64,000 nt of DNA from Octopus vulgaris (Eukaryota), in the NCBI GenBank assembly GCA_951406725.2, contig OX597815.1, positions 91,388,001-91,452,000 on the forward strand, written 5' to 3'. The notes below the pieces were generated by a model, which saw only the letters and a program-made list of their open reading frames with translations, ran no database searches and had not been told where the DNA came from. A program made the position numbers and the translations under genes. Positions 1-13,520 of the stretch are shown here, one piece after another. How positions within the stretch are numbered: the first letter of the stretch is position 1; every line of letters begins with the position of its first letter.

Positions 1-850
1 TATCAAAAGTGCAACTCAGTGCAATCTACATTATAAAAAGAGGACCACCTCTTATTTCTTGCCTGGAAAGATTTTGTCTGCATAGATAGCTATCAAGCAC
101 ACTGAATGAGCATGTCTGTTACATAAACTGTTATTTGTACTAAAGCCTTATCTAATTTTAAGATAAGAAAGAAGGTAATTAAGGAAAGATTTACTCCAAG
201 CAATTACTGATTTCACAAAAAAAAAACATGAGCTAGTTGGCATAATGTAGAAGTGCTGGTACTGAAACAGCAAAATTTGTTCCTGAAAGAAATTATGAAA
301 AATAACCGAAGAATATTGTTACCTACTGGTCTATTTTGAAAGCACATGCCAGCAAGAAGCTGTATAGCAAAAGAAGAATCACCAATGATAAATATTAAAG
401 TAGCTGAAGATCTGTTAATGCTACTGTTTGGGAGTAAGACAGCTAAGGAATGTAAGTTAAATCCCAAGTTCATGCTCCATGCTAAAATCCCAAATGCACT
501 TAAGGACCACATAAAAGCAGTCATTGGGAAACCAAATAAAAAAAGTTTGTATTATTGCTTCTATTTGGAGATTGCTTTTTGCATCACTTTCTACCTAAAG
601 TTAAAAAACATTGAGAAGCCCAAAACTATTCCATTTCATGTGCTACTGATCATAGATAAAACACCTTGTCATCCACAATCTCTAGAACATCGCCATCTAA
701 ATAGCGTATTAATGTTTATGGCACCAAATACAGCATCACTTTTGCAATCAATGGATCAAGGCGTTATGGCAACTTTTAAAGTGTATTATCTTCAGTATAC
801 ATTTGATCACATAATAGATACTATTGATAAAGAAGGAAACCCAATGGAAA
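1..850 (+). mobile_element. Decayed pogo/Tigger-type (CENP-B-like DDE) transposase fragment
   Basis: ORF 346-894 has VLLIIDKTPCHP...FMAPNTASLLQSMDQGVMATFKVYY, matching the pogo/Tigger motif LLxxDNAPxHP...FLPPNTTSxxQPxDQGVI. The upstream part is frameshifted and the ORF ends in (CA)n. Confidence 0.85.
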
Positions 851-1487
851 TCATTCAATATTCTACACACACACACACACAGACACACATATAGACATAT
901 ATATTATATACGTATATGTACATATAAGTATACACATACATATTACATATAAGTGTGTGTATATATATAATTTTATGTATGTATGTATGAATGAATGATT
1001 GCGTGTATAAGTCTAGTGGGAGCGGTTTGAAGGAAAAGAGGGTAAGGCTGGCTCTGCACAAACTATGCCTACTATAATAATATTAATCATGCAGGTTGTT
1101 CAGGAAGGCAAGTCACCAGCACCAACATCACACTTTCTACATAAGCCCAGTGGCAATAGGGAAAGAGGCAATGGGGACAGGTAGAGAATGTTTTGACACT
1201 GCTCGCAAGTGGTCATAGGGTGATGATTGAGACAGTCCAGTATACACACACACACACACACACAAACATACTAGGCATCTGCTTAAAAAAAACTGAGAGA
1301 GCCACCATCTAAAGTCAAGTACTCAACAATAACATAAGAAAGAGGACAGATGTTTATTTGGACGACAGTACATGCATGTTTCTTTCTGAGTTTGAAACAT
1401 ACCAGGAATACACTGCATATTTTACACATGTATACACATGTATATATTGGTTTCAAATACACATGTATATATTGGTTTCAAATTTTA

Positions 1488-1690
1488 GCACAAGGCCATC
1501 GATTTCAGAGGGAGGGGTTAAGTTGATTACATCAACCCCAGTGCTCAACTGGTACTTATTTTATTGACCCCAAAAGGATAAAAAGCAAAGTCTAACACAG
1601 CAGAATTTGAATTTTGAACATAACAATAGGTGACCTGTCACAATGCATTTTGTCCAGTGTGCTACTGCCTCTGCAAAGTCATTGCCTTAC
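1488..1690 (-). mobile_element. tRNA-derived SINE family C (Meta/MESC-like central domain), decayed copy
   Basis: Similar to the better-preserved copies at 33633-33814 and 37370-37575 (gattacatcgaccccagt...actggtactt...gaccccgaaaggatgaaaggcaaagtc). Confidence 0.7.
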
Positions 1691-2957
1691 ACACATATAT
1701 ATTAACACATTAAATATATAAACATGCACACACACACACATACACACACACACACACACACACAAGAGCTTCACTGTCTTGTTTTTTCATGAGATATTTT
1801 GTAGCTATCACTTACTTTTGGATTGCAAAACTAGAGCTACCAAGATGTGAAGTGATGTCACATCTTGATGGTCATGAGTATAGGAGAGGTTATATTTCAT
1901 GTTAATACTGTCATTCTTTACTAGTTTACAGGAAGCATCATCATTTAATATCCATATTCCATGCTGGCATGTATTAGTCAGCTTGGCAGGATCCAATGAC
2001 TCCAAATTCTACACTGAGCTCTAATGTCTACTTTGGCATCATTTCAATGGTTAGCTAACCTTCTTAACGCCTGCCACTTTACAAAGTGTACTCTGCTTTA
2101 TCATGCCACCAGCATGAGTCAGATTTTCATGCACCTTGCAAGATTATGAAACACAAGAAAAGTAGCTTTACACTAGGAAATGAAGGGGTCTAAGCAGACA
2201 AAGTTTCTTGCTGTAGAGTGGCTACATGGGTACTCACATTTTAGAAGAGTGGGGGTGGAGTGATCAGGGTGGATTGGGAAGAGATAAAAATAGGGGTAAT
2301 AAGGTGACTGTGAGGACCCTCAAGATGCAAGGTAAAATGTGAATGGTGAGAGAAGAACCAGGAGTGTAGGTGAGTCAAGTTGCAAAAGTGTGTGGCAGAG
2401 TGAGAGATGGCAAATAGGTGATGCAGTGAATATAATGAATGAAGAACAAGTGTTGGATGTTGATAAGTAAAAGAGCAAGGGAAGAGTAGGTGACAACTGT
2501 AGAGATTGGATACAGTTGAATGGTGGATGTAGTGAGCAGTGGTTAAGGGGTAAGGGTAATTAATATGCATGGTGGTGTAGTGTAGTAGAATAGTAATAAT
2601 GAAAGAGCAGACAGAGGAAGGATGAGAGAGAGGAAGAAGAAAGGAGAGAGAAACAAAATGACAAACAGACAGAGATGATAAGCAGTTGGGTAGGTTGTGA
2701 AAGTGGGTGAGGAGGAAGTCAAGCATTGTGCATTGGGGAGAGTAAGAAATACATGGTGAAGGTAAAATGATTTGGTGGTTAAGGTGGGCTCAATGTAAAA
2801 TGTAGGTGGAGAAGACAGTATTAAGGACATGGAACTGATATCAAATAGAATGATCCCAGAGAGTGGGGAAGATTAGTAATGTCAACAACGAAAAGTGGTT
2901 GGGAGGAAATTGGGCAAATGAGATCAGTTATATAAACACACACACACATGTATATAT

Positions 2958-3011
<54 letters not shown>

Positions 3012-3884
3012 ATATATACACAGACAGAGCACTTCCAGGACTTAGTTTTGCTGAGTTGGGCAGGTCTATTGGTGGGAGAAGAACCAGGAGTGTAGGTGAG
3101 TCAAGTTGCATGTGTGTGCAGGCATGCACATGTGCACACACATAATATTTGCATGTAAGTGTACAAATCATATTTCACCATTTCACCATAGAGAAATGAC
3201 TAGTAGCTTACAGAGAACCCAGTTTCACAACTGACTTCTCAATTATTAAAAGAAAATAAATTCTATGTGAAGCACTGCCCATCGATAGAATAATTTGAAA
3301 TACAGTGTAAACTTGCATGTGCTTTTTAAGAAATACACACTTTTAGCCTTGCTGTGAAAAATTGGAACTGTGGTTGAACCACAAGGATTCCATTGTTTGT
3401 GTGATAAATTTGACTAGTTTCAATATTTATTTAACTCTTATCAGAGATCAAATATAAATTTTCTATCCACAGAGAAAAGAGTTGCACAGAAGCAAATTCA
3501 AACTCAAACAGAACCAAACCATGCTTCAACTATATAGTAATTTTCTTAAGTAATTAATTCATGTTGCCTACTTTTGCAACATTATTCAAATTAGGCAGAC
3601 CAATTTGAGTTTATCCAAACTGTCTATACAGTAAATAACTATAAGCTACTATTCTCTCTGTGAATTGAAAAGCAATCACTGGTGAAAATTTAATAAAACT
3701 TGAAACCAGTCAGATCAATCTATTTTCTGGTTACAAAGAGAAAAACACTAGTTAAACCACAGTGTCTACATTTCATGAAGATAAAAATGTTTGTTTACAA
3801 AAAGCACAAGCTTGTAAAATATACCTCATATTTCAAATTGTCCTACCACTGTATAGTGCTTTTATAAGTTAATCATTATCATCA

Positions 3885-4320
3885 TCATCATCATTTAATG
3901 TTCAATTTTCCATGCTTGTATGGGTAAGATGGGAAATTTGTTGAGGCGAATTTTCTATAGTCAGATGTCCTACCTGTTGCCAATCCTTACCTGTTTCCAA
4001 GAAGAGTAATATTTCCCCATGGCCAGACATAAGCAGATATGTTTTTTCATGGATGGATGGAAATGAACGATAACATTTGCATGACAGCAATGCTTGTTTA
4101 CAACCATGATATCACAGCAAAGGTACACGCACACACATAAACACACACAAACATACACAAGCTTCATTCAGTTTCCATATACCAAATCCACTCACAAGGC
4201 TTTGGTTGGGCCAAGGCTTAAGTAGAAGACTCTTACTAAAATGCTGCACAGTGGGACTGAACTCTAGACCACATAGTTGGGAAGCAAGCTTCTTAACCAC
4301 ACAGCCATACCTATACCTAG
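3885..4320 (-). mobile_element. tRNA-derived SINE family A head with internal (CA)n and an RTE-like tail ending in (GAT)n
   Basis: Reverse complement of the 7224-type head (aaatccactcacaaggctttggttggg...ccacacagcc), joined to the tail also seen at 13290-13520, 60900-61150 and 62380-62600. Confidence 0.75.
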
Positions 4321-5199
4321 AATTTTATTAATTAATATGTTTATTATTATACTGTTGTCTATATTTTAAGGTTTTGACATTTTTTTAATATTTATAAAGC
4401 ACAAAAAGTAGGAACAATCCTTCTTATCAGAAGCATCGCCCATTATCATTTAAACAACAGTTTTCCATGATACCAAGAGAGAGTGCATTCAACTGTTATC
4501 AAACTCAATTTCACGCAAGAAACCTGTTGTAGGAATCAATGAGGCAAACATTGATTCTCCAAACAAGTTTTGCATCTGTTAAAGGATGTTTAAGTATTCT
4601 AGACTTTTACCACTCGGTATAGATTATAGATTTACTACTAAGTGAAAATTATGTTCACATAAACATAAAATAAAAGTCAAGCAAACAAATTCAAACTGTT
4701 CTGTGGTCGCCTAGACAACTGATTAGCTTTTACTTTGAGTTAGTCTCCATCCTGAAATAAAATTTGCATGTATATATTATTCAGAATTACTTTTTTGTAT
4801 AAAATATGGCACAGCCTGCTCATGAATCAAGCTTATTTCTTTTGTTGGCATTTTTTATCATTGTTGTTGTTGTTCCACCCCAGCATAGCTTTGATTAAGC
4901 AAACTTCTGATCAAGATATTCCAGCCATGACCATCCCATCATGTATTCAGACACAATGTATTTATGATCACACACAATCCATTATCTTTTTCCTCATTTA
5001 AAAGTTGCTATGGTGAAATTCGAAGGAGATTTGTCTGCTATCTAGCAATTTATGTGACCACATAAAGGCTCCTTAACTTTTTTGCTGGTGTTTTGCTTCG
5101 TTTTTCATAGAAGACCTCTCTTTCTCTGTAAGAATGCCAACAATTACTACTGTATAGATTATCATATAAGATAATCCATAAAGCAATTGTTTACAAGAG

Positions 5200-5475
5200 C
5201 AGTTTTCACTATTTCAAGTGTAATTTCAGAATTAGAATTCTTACACAGTATTCTGCTTTTGCTTTTATAATTGATAATTTCCTTTCTATATATTAAAAAA
5301 AAAACGGAATATTTTGAATTTACCATTCACATAAATGTCTTAGTGATCACTACATAGAACATTCCTAACACACATCTTTGATTTTTTGTTTACCTACTCT
5401 GATGAATTTTGTTCCTGTTTGGCTGACATAGATCTCATTACATTGTGGACAAGTGATGCAGTAAATAATATTTTA
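5200..5475 (-). mobile_element. Penelope-like element GIY-YIG endonuclease remnant
   Basis: Minus-strand translation NIIYCITCPQCNEIYVSQTG matches the PLE motif IYxIxCxxCxxxYVGQT. It abuts an RTE insertion at about 5490. Confidence 0.7.
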
Positions 5476-5489
5476 TATTTTTTTTGGAT

Positions 5490-6127
5490 CTTTGGAAATA
5501 TGCTGTGCTTGAGAAGACTCGGCAAGCCAAGTGAGACCATAACCTTGTGGCCTATGCCAGGGATGTAACCAGCCCACTGATGCATACCTTTCCTTCATTG
5601 GACACTAAACTCTGCTTGCGAAGACCTGTTGAGGCAAGTGAAATCGAAATCGAAATCAAATTCGATGATTGGCATCCGTGCTAGTGGAGCACTAAGAGTA
5701 TCATCCGAGTATGATCGATGCCAGAGCAACAAACTGGCTTCCATCCCAGTGGCATGTAAAAAGCACCTTTCGAGCGTGATCGTTACCTGTGTCGCCTTAC
5801 TGGCACTTGTGCTGGTGGCATGTGAAAAAACATTTAAGCAAGGTCTTTGCCAGTGCCGCTGGACTGTCTCCTGTGCAATGGCACATAAAAAGCACCATTT
5901 GAGCATGGCTGTTGCCGGTACCGCCTGACTGGCCCTCGTGCCGGCGGCACGTAAAAGAACCCACTACACTCTCGGAGTGGTTGGTGTTAGGAAGGGTATC
6001 CAGCTGTAGAAACTCTGCCAGATCAGACTGGAGCCCAGTGCAGCCATCTGGTTCACCAAACCTCAGTCAAATCGTCCAACCCATGCTAGCATGGAAAGCG
6101 GATGTTAAACAATGATGATGATGATGT
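5490..6127 (+). mobile_element. 5'-truncated RTE LINE 3' end with ~65-nt tandem units and (GAT)n tail
   Basis: Starts with the last ORF codons (LWKYAVLEKTRQAK*) shared with the 36343-37180 copy. It has repeated GGCACGTAAAAAGCACC units and the terminal ggttggtgttaggaagggtatccagctgtagaa module. Confidence 0.85.
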
Positions 6128-6234
6128 TTTTCTCTTCATGTTTGTATTAACCTTAAATTCTTCCACAATCTTGGATCTTTTGGTTTTACTCTGTTCAGTC
6201 AGTTCACACATCTCATAACGAAGGTTTTCACATC

Positions 6235-6400
6235 ATACATACATACATACATACATACATACATACATGCATGCATGCATGCATGCATGCATGCATACAT
6301 ACATACATACATACATACATACATACATACATACATACATACATACATACATACATACATACATACATACATACAAGCATGCATGCATACATACTTACAT
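6235..6400. repeat. (TACA)n/(TGCA)n microsatellite
   Basis: Directly visible. Confidence 0.95.
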
Positions 6401-6484
6401 ACAGTAGATGTGAATGTACAATCAAAAGTGCAGGAAAAAAAGAAAATTTAATGTGAATTAATGTTCCCTGACTATAAATTCTCA

Positions 6485-6700
6485 TTTGTACTTATTGTCA
6501 TGGGTGCATTAGGCTATGTACCCACAGATTTACATGAAAACTTACAAATACTACAATAGGCTTTTCAAAGAAAGATCATAAAAACCATGCAAATTCTCCA
6601 AATCAATCTATTAGCAGCAAATTGAAAATTTGTAAGACATTCTAAAGATCTTCCATCTCAGAGTCTTTAGATGAACAGATGCATACACTTAAGTGTGTGT
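6485..6700 (+). mobile_element. 3' end fragment of an RLE-type (R4/Dong-like) LINE
   Basis: Translates VLIVMGALGYVPTDLHENLQIL, resembling the PVVIGALG C-terminal motif of the copies at 21.8-26.6 kb. Confidence 0.5.
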
Positions 6701-6719
6701 ATCGACAGCTCAACCAGCA

Positions 6720-7075
6720 TAGCAATTCGATGGCATATTTACAAACATGGGGGAGGCTCTTAATTCAAAAAATGTTCTCAATTTGTTGGAGACCAGCTTG
6801 AATCTTTTAAGAAGAAATTGACAGGAATATAACAGGTAATTGAGTGAGCACTCCACAAACATGCATGCCATTAATATAGTTCTCAGGGAGAGCCAGTATG
6901 ACACAGAATGTGACAAGGCTGGCCATATGAATTACAGGTACAATTCATATTTGGCAGCTGAGTGAGCTGAAACAACATGAAACTAAGCGTCTTGCTCAAG
7001 GACACAATACACGGGCAAGAATCGAACTCAGTCTTACAGTCATGAAACAAATATCCTAACCACTAAACAACACAC
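6720..7075 (-). mobile_element. tRNA-derived SINE family B (CORE-like)
   Basis: Reverse complement of the 45062 and 18755 head (cagctgagtg...gtcttgctcaaggacacaa...aatcgaactc...cctaaccactaa). Confidence 0.65.
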
Positions 7076-7092
7076 TTTCACACACACACACC

Positions 7093-7163
<71 letters not shown>

Positions 7164-7181
7164 ATATATATACATACATAC

Positions 7182-7223
<42 letters not shown>

Positions 7224-7226
<3 letters not shown>

Positions 7227-7389
7227 CATAGGAGTGGCTGTGCGGTAAGTAGCTTGCTTATGAACCACATGGTTCCAGGTTCAGTCCCACTATGTGGCAC
7301 CTTGGGAAAGTGTCTTCTACTATAGCCTTGGGCCGACCAAAGCCTTGTGAGTGGATTTGGTAGACAGAAACTGAAAGAAGCCTGTCATA

Positions 7390-7443
<54 letters not shown>

Positions 7444-7678
7444 GTGTACGTATGTATGTGTTTGTGTGTCTGTGTTTGTCCCCCCAACATCACTTGACAA
7501 CCAATGCTGGTGTGTTTACGTCCCCATAACTTAGCAGTTCGGCTAAAAAGACCGATAGAATAAGTACTAGGCTTACAAAGAATAAGTCCTGGGGTCGCAT
7601 TGCTCAACTAAAAAACAAAGGCAGTACTCCAGCATGGCCACAGTCAAATGGCTGAAACAAGTAAAAGAGTAAAAGAGT
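7224..7678 (+). mobile_element. tRNA-derived SINE family A, near full length, with internal (TA)n/(TG)n
   Basis: A-box-like TGGCTGTGCGG, B-box-like GGTTCAGTCCC, CORE-like accttgggaaagtgtctt, and a tail ending gaaacaagtaaaagag. There are many copies in the window. Confidence 0.85.
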
Positions 7679-7739
7679 ATATAAATATATATATATATAT
7701 ATATATAACAAAGTGGAGTTGTAAGGTACTGCACAAGTG

Positions 7740-7990
7740 GAATTATATGAAAGAAGGTTTGAGTAAATTTTTTGATGCGCAGGTGTAATTATTTTTTTAT
7801 GACAAAGGTGTGTCCCGACTGGAATTTGTACGCTGCTCCTTCAATGAGGTGGATGCAAGTCCTGCAGTTGGAACGACCACACTTTTTGACAGTGGGCGGT
7901 GGGTTTCTGTAGTGTAATTTTGCATTGGTGAGTAGGTTTTTTAGGGATTTCGGTTGTCTTTTACTTTTTATTATTTTATGAGATGCGAGT
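7740..7990 (-). mobile_element. Penelope-like element fragment (RT-endonuclease linker with Cys cluster)
   Basis: Minus strand reads KSKRQPKSLKNLLTNAKL...VKKCGRSNCRTCIHL...FVIKNNYTCASKNL, typical of the PLE region just upstream of GIY-YIG. Confidence 0.75.
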
Positions 7991-8119
7991 AATTTTTTAT
8001 ATTTTATCTGTATAAATACAGATACAATACCAATATTCCACTGAACTTTTTTAATAATTCCTTCTAGAAACTATCTTTAACATTTTCTTGAGAATGTTGT
8101 AATCTTTTGTTGTAATCTT

Positions 8120-8430
8120 TTGTGTCCAATATTTTAATGAACTTGTTAAACTTTTTTATATTTTCCCAAGATTTTCCCCTGCAAGTTGTTCTTAACATGT
8201 TCTTATTATCAAGGAATGTATATGTATATTGTAATATTTTGTGACAACCAGTACTTGGCACAACCAAGCTTTTGTGGCCAATATTTTGATGAACTTGTTA
8301 AACTTTTTTACACTTTCCCAAGATTTTCCCTTGTAAACTGTTTTTAACATGTCCTTGTTATCAAAGAATGTATATATGTATTGTAGTATTTTGTGATAAC
8401 CAGTAACTAACTCAACCAAGCTTTTACATG
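8120..8430. repeat. ~152-bp tandem duplication (two diverged copies) within an unidentified decayed coding repeat
   Basis: aatattttaatgaacttgttaaacttttt...caaccaagctttt occurs at about 8129 and about 8281, and ORFs 8064-8267 and 8192-8443 translate to similar peptides. Confidence 0.85.
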
Positions 8431-8510
8431 TTACTTTTGACAATCTTTTTCTAAAAAGTGAAACCGGTAAAGTAAATAAACATCTTTTAAAATTGCATTT
8501 TCAAACCTTC

Positions 8511-8569
<59 letters not shown>

Positions 8570-8608
8570 ACTATACTCACATGTGTATATACGCACATAT
8601 ATATATAT

Positions 8609-8648
<40 letters not shown>

Positions 8649-8652
8649 TATA

Positions 8653-9943
8653 CAGGGTGTGGTGAATAAATTGTCTAAATTATGCAAAAACGAAAATAAC
8701 ACTGACATCTCATTTTAACAGATATATATTTAACAATATTACATAAAAATATCTTGAAATACTAAAGAGTAAATTTATTCAATATAGTTGCCACTGGCTT
8801 CAACTACGGCCTCCAGACAACTTCAGAATCTCCTGCAACTCTTTTGGATGGTCTCCTTGTTTAAGTTGGTGAATGCTGACATAATGCTTGCCTTCAGTTT
8901 ATCTTTGGTGTTACACGGAGTTTTGTTGGTTTCTCGCTGAACTGTACCCCACACATAATAATGAAGGGGGTTGAGTCTGGGGAGATAGGTGGCCAGATGT
9001 TAGGAGTGACGTGGTCACAGAAATTGTCTGACAGCCATGACTGGGTTCCCCTGCTTGTGTGGTATGTGCACAGTCCTGTTGCCAGACATAGGGTCTTCCA
9101 GTTCCCACCCTTTTTACCCAGGGCAGCACTACCTCCTCCAGCCATTTGATGTAAGCCACTCAGTTGAGTCTGAGGTCATGTGAGAAGATGGATGGAGGCA
9201 TGTCACCATCACTAGTGATAACTCCAAACACTATGATGTTGAATGGATGTTTGATTTTTTTTCACTCTTAGTACATGTTTTGGGGACATGGCAAGCCAAC
9301 GGTTGTTCTGTGTTCACCATCTGATCCTGGTAGAACTTTTTCTCATCTGATAAATACCAAAGCATGCTCAATTGGAGGGGATGCTTGAGTTGTTCAAAAA
9401 CTCTGTAGCATGGTCTGTGTTCTCTTTATTGATGGCTTGGGATAAAAACTGGCATTTTCTCATCTTGTATGAGGAATAACAAATGTCTTTATATAATACC
9501 TGCCTGATAAGGAACTCAGACATACACATGTCCCTGGTGAAGGACCTGATTGACTTGGAGGGATCATTGTCAATCATGGCCTGGATCTCACCAATAAATT
9601 CAAGAGTTCTTTTCTTATCAGAATGACCAGAGTGAGTTTTCCAAGCTGCTGCACCTTCATAATCACTATTAGACTCATTCAACTCTTTCCGAATCCTCTG
9701 CACTCTCCTCAAATTGATACATAAACACTCTGAAATGTTTATATTGGAGCTTCTGGAGTGAATGCCAAGCAGTACAGCATGTCGTTTCCATATTTCTGGC
9801 AGAGTGAATCGTGTCATGGTGGTGTATCTCTCACAGACGGTGTGTCCAACTGACCATACTATACAGTGTAGTCAACAAAATCAAAAACAATGCACATGTG
9901 CAAAATTAAAGGTATAAAAGGGTGACAATTCACCCCTCACACC

Positions 9944-9946
<3 letters not shown>
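8653..9946 (-). mobile_element. Full-length but inactivated Tc1/mariner transposon, DD37D (maT) family
   Basis: Imperfect TIRs CAGGGTGTG...aattgtc / gacaatt...CACACCCTG, flanked by TA within (TA)n, 1294 bp. The frameshifted transposase starts at 9817 and has WQQD and IWPPISPD. Reconstructed with the 31-kb copy, 37 residues separate the second and third Asp. Confidence 0.9.
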
Positions 9947-9990
<44 letters not shown>

Positions 9991-10232
9991 CATATCTATA
10001 TATGTATATACATTCCTTATGTATTCAACACAAGGTAAGCCTGTTTCTCCTATGTTCGTTGCATTGCCTGTATGTATCTTTATAGTAAGTTACTGGTGGT
10101 TTGGGAGCAACGGCTCCAATTACTGCAAATAGTATTTAAAAACCCTACTGAATCTATATATATACTTATATCTACATGTGTTTGCATGTGTATGTGTGAA
10201 TGTGTGTGTGTTTGTACATATGTTTATTTGAG

Positions 10233-10263
<31 letters not shown>

Positions 10264-10680
10264 GCAGAGTGATTCAAAATTACCATGGTTCATTATTTTT
10301 TCATGCTCCTGGCTTTACATTGATAGGAAGAGCTGTAGACAAAAAGAATGCTGCAGGTTACTTCTTGTAACTTTACTTACAGATACACCTCCCTTTGTTA
10401 TTTTCAGTTGGAAACCAAACAGAGGGAGGGATCCAGATAATTGTATTTCACTGAAACTGTTTAGCCTTCCAGACCTAGGCAGGTCTTCATATGGTGACAT
10501 GGATAGGAGGGTTACAATTGCTCACTTTCTGGTTTGTGTTTTTGCTTTTTTTTTTTTTTGCATCTGTTTTGTACATCCCTTGGGTTTGTATGATGGGTTC
10601 GTTATAACATGCCATTTTTAGGAAATTGAATATTCCGCTATCTTTCGATAATGTCAGTTTTGTAAAACATATGAAGCAAT

Positions 10681-10713
<33 letters not shown>

Positions 10714-10879
10714 GATGGATGGCTATATATCAAAAGGTATTCACCTCAAAATAGCAAAGACATTATTAAAAATATATGCCAACAAAATTGTAATAAACTA
10801 AAATATAAAGACTATACATAACATTTAAATGCTAAGGGTCCTCTGAATCACCATGCATAAAAAAATAGATTAAATAAAT

Positions 10880-11600
<721 letters not shown>

Positions 11601-11856
11601 AAAAGAGGACTTCTTTGAAAATTCTCTATCAATATAGCCTTGAGATATTTTTGATAGTCTTTATCAGATTCAGTTAGGTTTGTAAAGCTTTAGAAGTTAG
11701 TAAGAAAGTGCTGTAACATTCTTGATGTGTTCTCAAACAGTCTTTGATCTCAATAGAGAAACTGTCAGAAAAATATTCCATTATTTCACTATCCAGCAGG
11801 ATGCCAACATTGTTTTTCTTGACTGATTCCATGATTTTCTCTAAAATCTTAGTGAA

Positions 11857-11889
<33 letters not shown>

Positions 11890-12143
11890 CCCTTATGGTT
11901 TACAGAGAAGGAATTTTCCAGTGGCTATTCCTCATTTCTTTGCTTGCTGGAGTTAAAAAAATTTGTTTTCATGCATTTTTGTGGAAAAATACTCTCTGAT
12001 ATAAAAAGAAATAAAAGGCTTTATAACTAGCATTGAGTTTTTCTTATCCTACCTTACAGCCTATTCCTCATATTAGAAGTTATATGTTGGGTTGTTGCTA
12101 TGTCTAGCTTGAACTAACCTAATTCTATAATCTCAAGATTTTA

Positions 12144-12190
<47 letters not shown>

Positions 12191-12299
12191 GCTCTCTCTC
12201 GCACGCTCTCTCTCTCTCACACATTATATTATTCACATCCAATTGTATGTGTATCTATGATAGTATAATATATATGCATTCAGATATACATATATATAT

Positions 12300-12830
12300 C
12301 ATCAACACCATCATCATCAACATTTAACATCCCTTTTCCATGCTAGCATGGGTTGGACCGTTTGACCGGAGTCTGGGAAGCCAGGAGCCTGCACCAGGCT
12401 CCACTCTGATCTGGCAGTGTTTCTACAGCTGGATGCCCTTCCTAACACCAACCACTCTGTGAGTGTAGTGGGTGCTTTTTACATGCCACTGGCACAGGGG
12501 ATAGAGGAGGCTGGCAACGGTCACAATCAGGTGTTGCATTTTACATGCCGCCGGCACAGAAGCCAGTCAAGGTGGCGCTGGCATCGGCCACATTCAGATA
12601 GAGCTTTTTACATGCCACCGGCATGGGTATCACAACTACAATTTCCATTTGATTTTCATTTTGATGTTAATGTACTTGACTCAATAGGTTTCCTCAAGCA
12701 CAGCAGGTCGCCCTACAATCCAAGGTACTTTTGAATGGGCTGGGGCTGGTTATGCGAAACTGGTGTAGAATACAGCCATGAACTCACTTTATTTGCTGGG
12801 TCACAGCCGTGAACTCACTTTATTCGCCAG
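12300..12830 (-). mobile_element. RTE LINE 3'UTR with tandem units
   Basis: Reverse complement of the 5490-6127 tail (ctacagctggatgcccttcctaacaccaaccactc; gtgctttttacatgccac repeats). Confidence 0.8.
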
Positions 12831-12952
12831 CTCATATATATATATGAATACATTATATACACATACATATACATACATATATTCATCTATATATATATTG
12901 ATATATGTATGTGCGTGTGTTTGTGTGTGCGCATGTGTATATGTGTATTAAG

Positions 12953-13118
12953 GCAGATATGGTCATATGGTTAAGAAGTTTGCTTCCCAATCACATCGAT
13001 TTGGGTTCAGTTTGACTGTATGGTAAGTGTCTTCTACTCTAGCACCAGACTGAACAAAACTTTGTGAGTGGGTCTGGTAGCAGAAACTGAAAAGAAACCT
13101 ATTACATATGTATATATT

Positions 13119-13198
<80 letters not shown>

Positions 13199-13520
13199 TG
13201 TATGTATGTATGTATGTATGTATGTGTGTATGTGTGTGTGTGTGTCTGACTATGAGTGTGTGTGTCTGAATATGAGTGTGTGAATATTTGCGTCTCTTTG
13301 TCTTATCATTGTATGACAATTGTAAATGAGTGTCACTCTCATACAAGCAGTACTATTCATTTCCAATATTCTGAAAAAACAATCTGGCTATGGAGCAATA
13401 TTACTTTGCTTTAAAACAGATGAGGGTTGGTGACAGGGAGGGCATCCAACCATTAAAAAAAATCTGCCTCAATAAATTCTGTCCAACCTATGCAAGCATA
13501 GAAACTTGAAAATTAAAACC
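12953..13520 (+). mobile_element. SINE family A head, microsatellite and RTE-like tail
   Basis: Head ggcagatatggtcatatggttaagaagtttgcttccc...gggttcag, and tail gagggttggtgacagggagggcatccaacc. Confidence 0.7.

Noticed and set aside
4533-4557. 9-bp hairpin GAATCAATG-N7-CATTGATTC (and the loose hairpin at 42349-42402)
   Set aside because: Short or heavily bulged AT-rich stems are expected by chance in 64 kb.
5200-7990. The two minus-strand Penelope fragments as one interrupted element
   Set aside because: The domain order fits, but the 7.8-kb piece retains CpGs and looks younger, and no joining TSD evidence is visible.
10262-10621. 119-aa ORF with a good acceptor at 10407 as a host exon
   Set aside because: No recognisable protein and a weak donor. 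It begins with CAGAGTGATTCAAAA, which resembles a mariner TIR, so it is more likely decayed TE. Unresolved.
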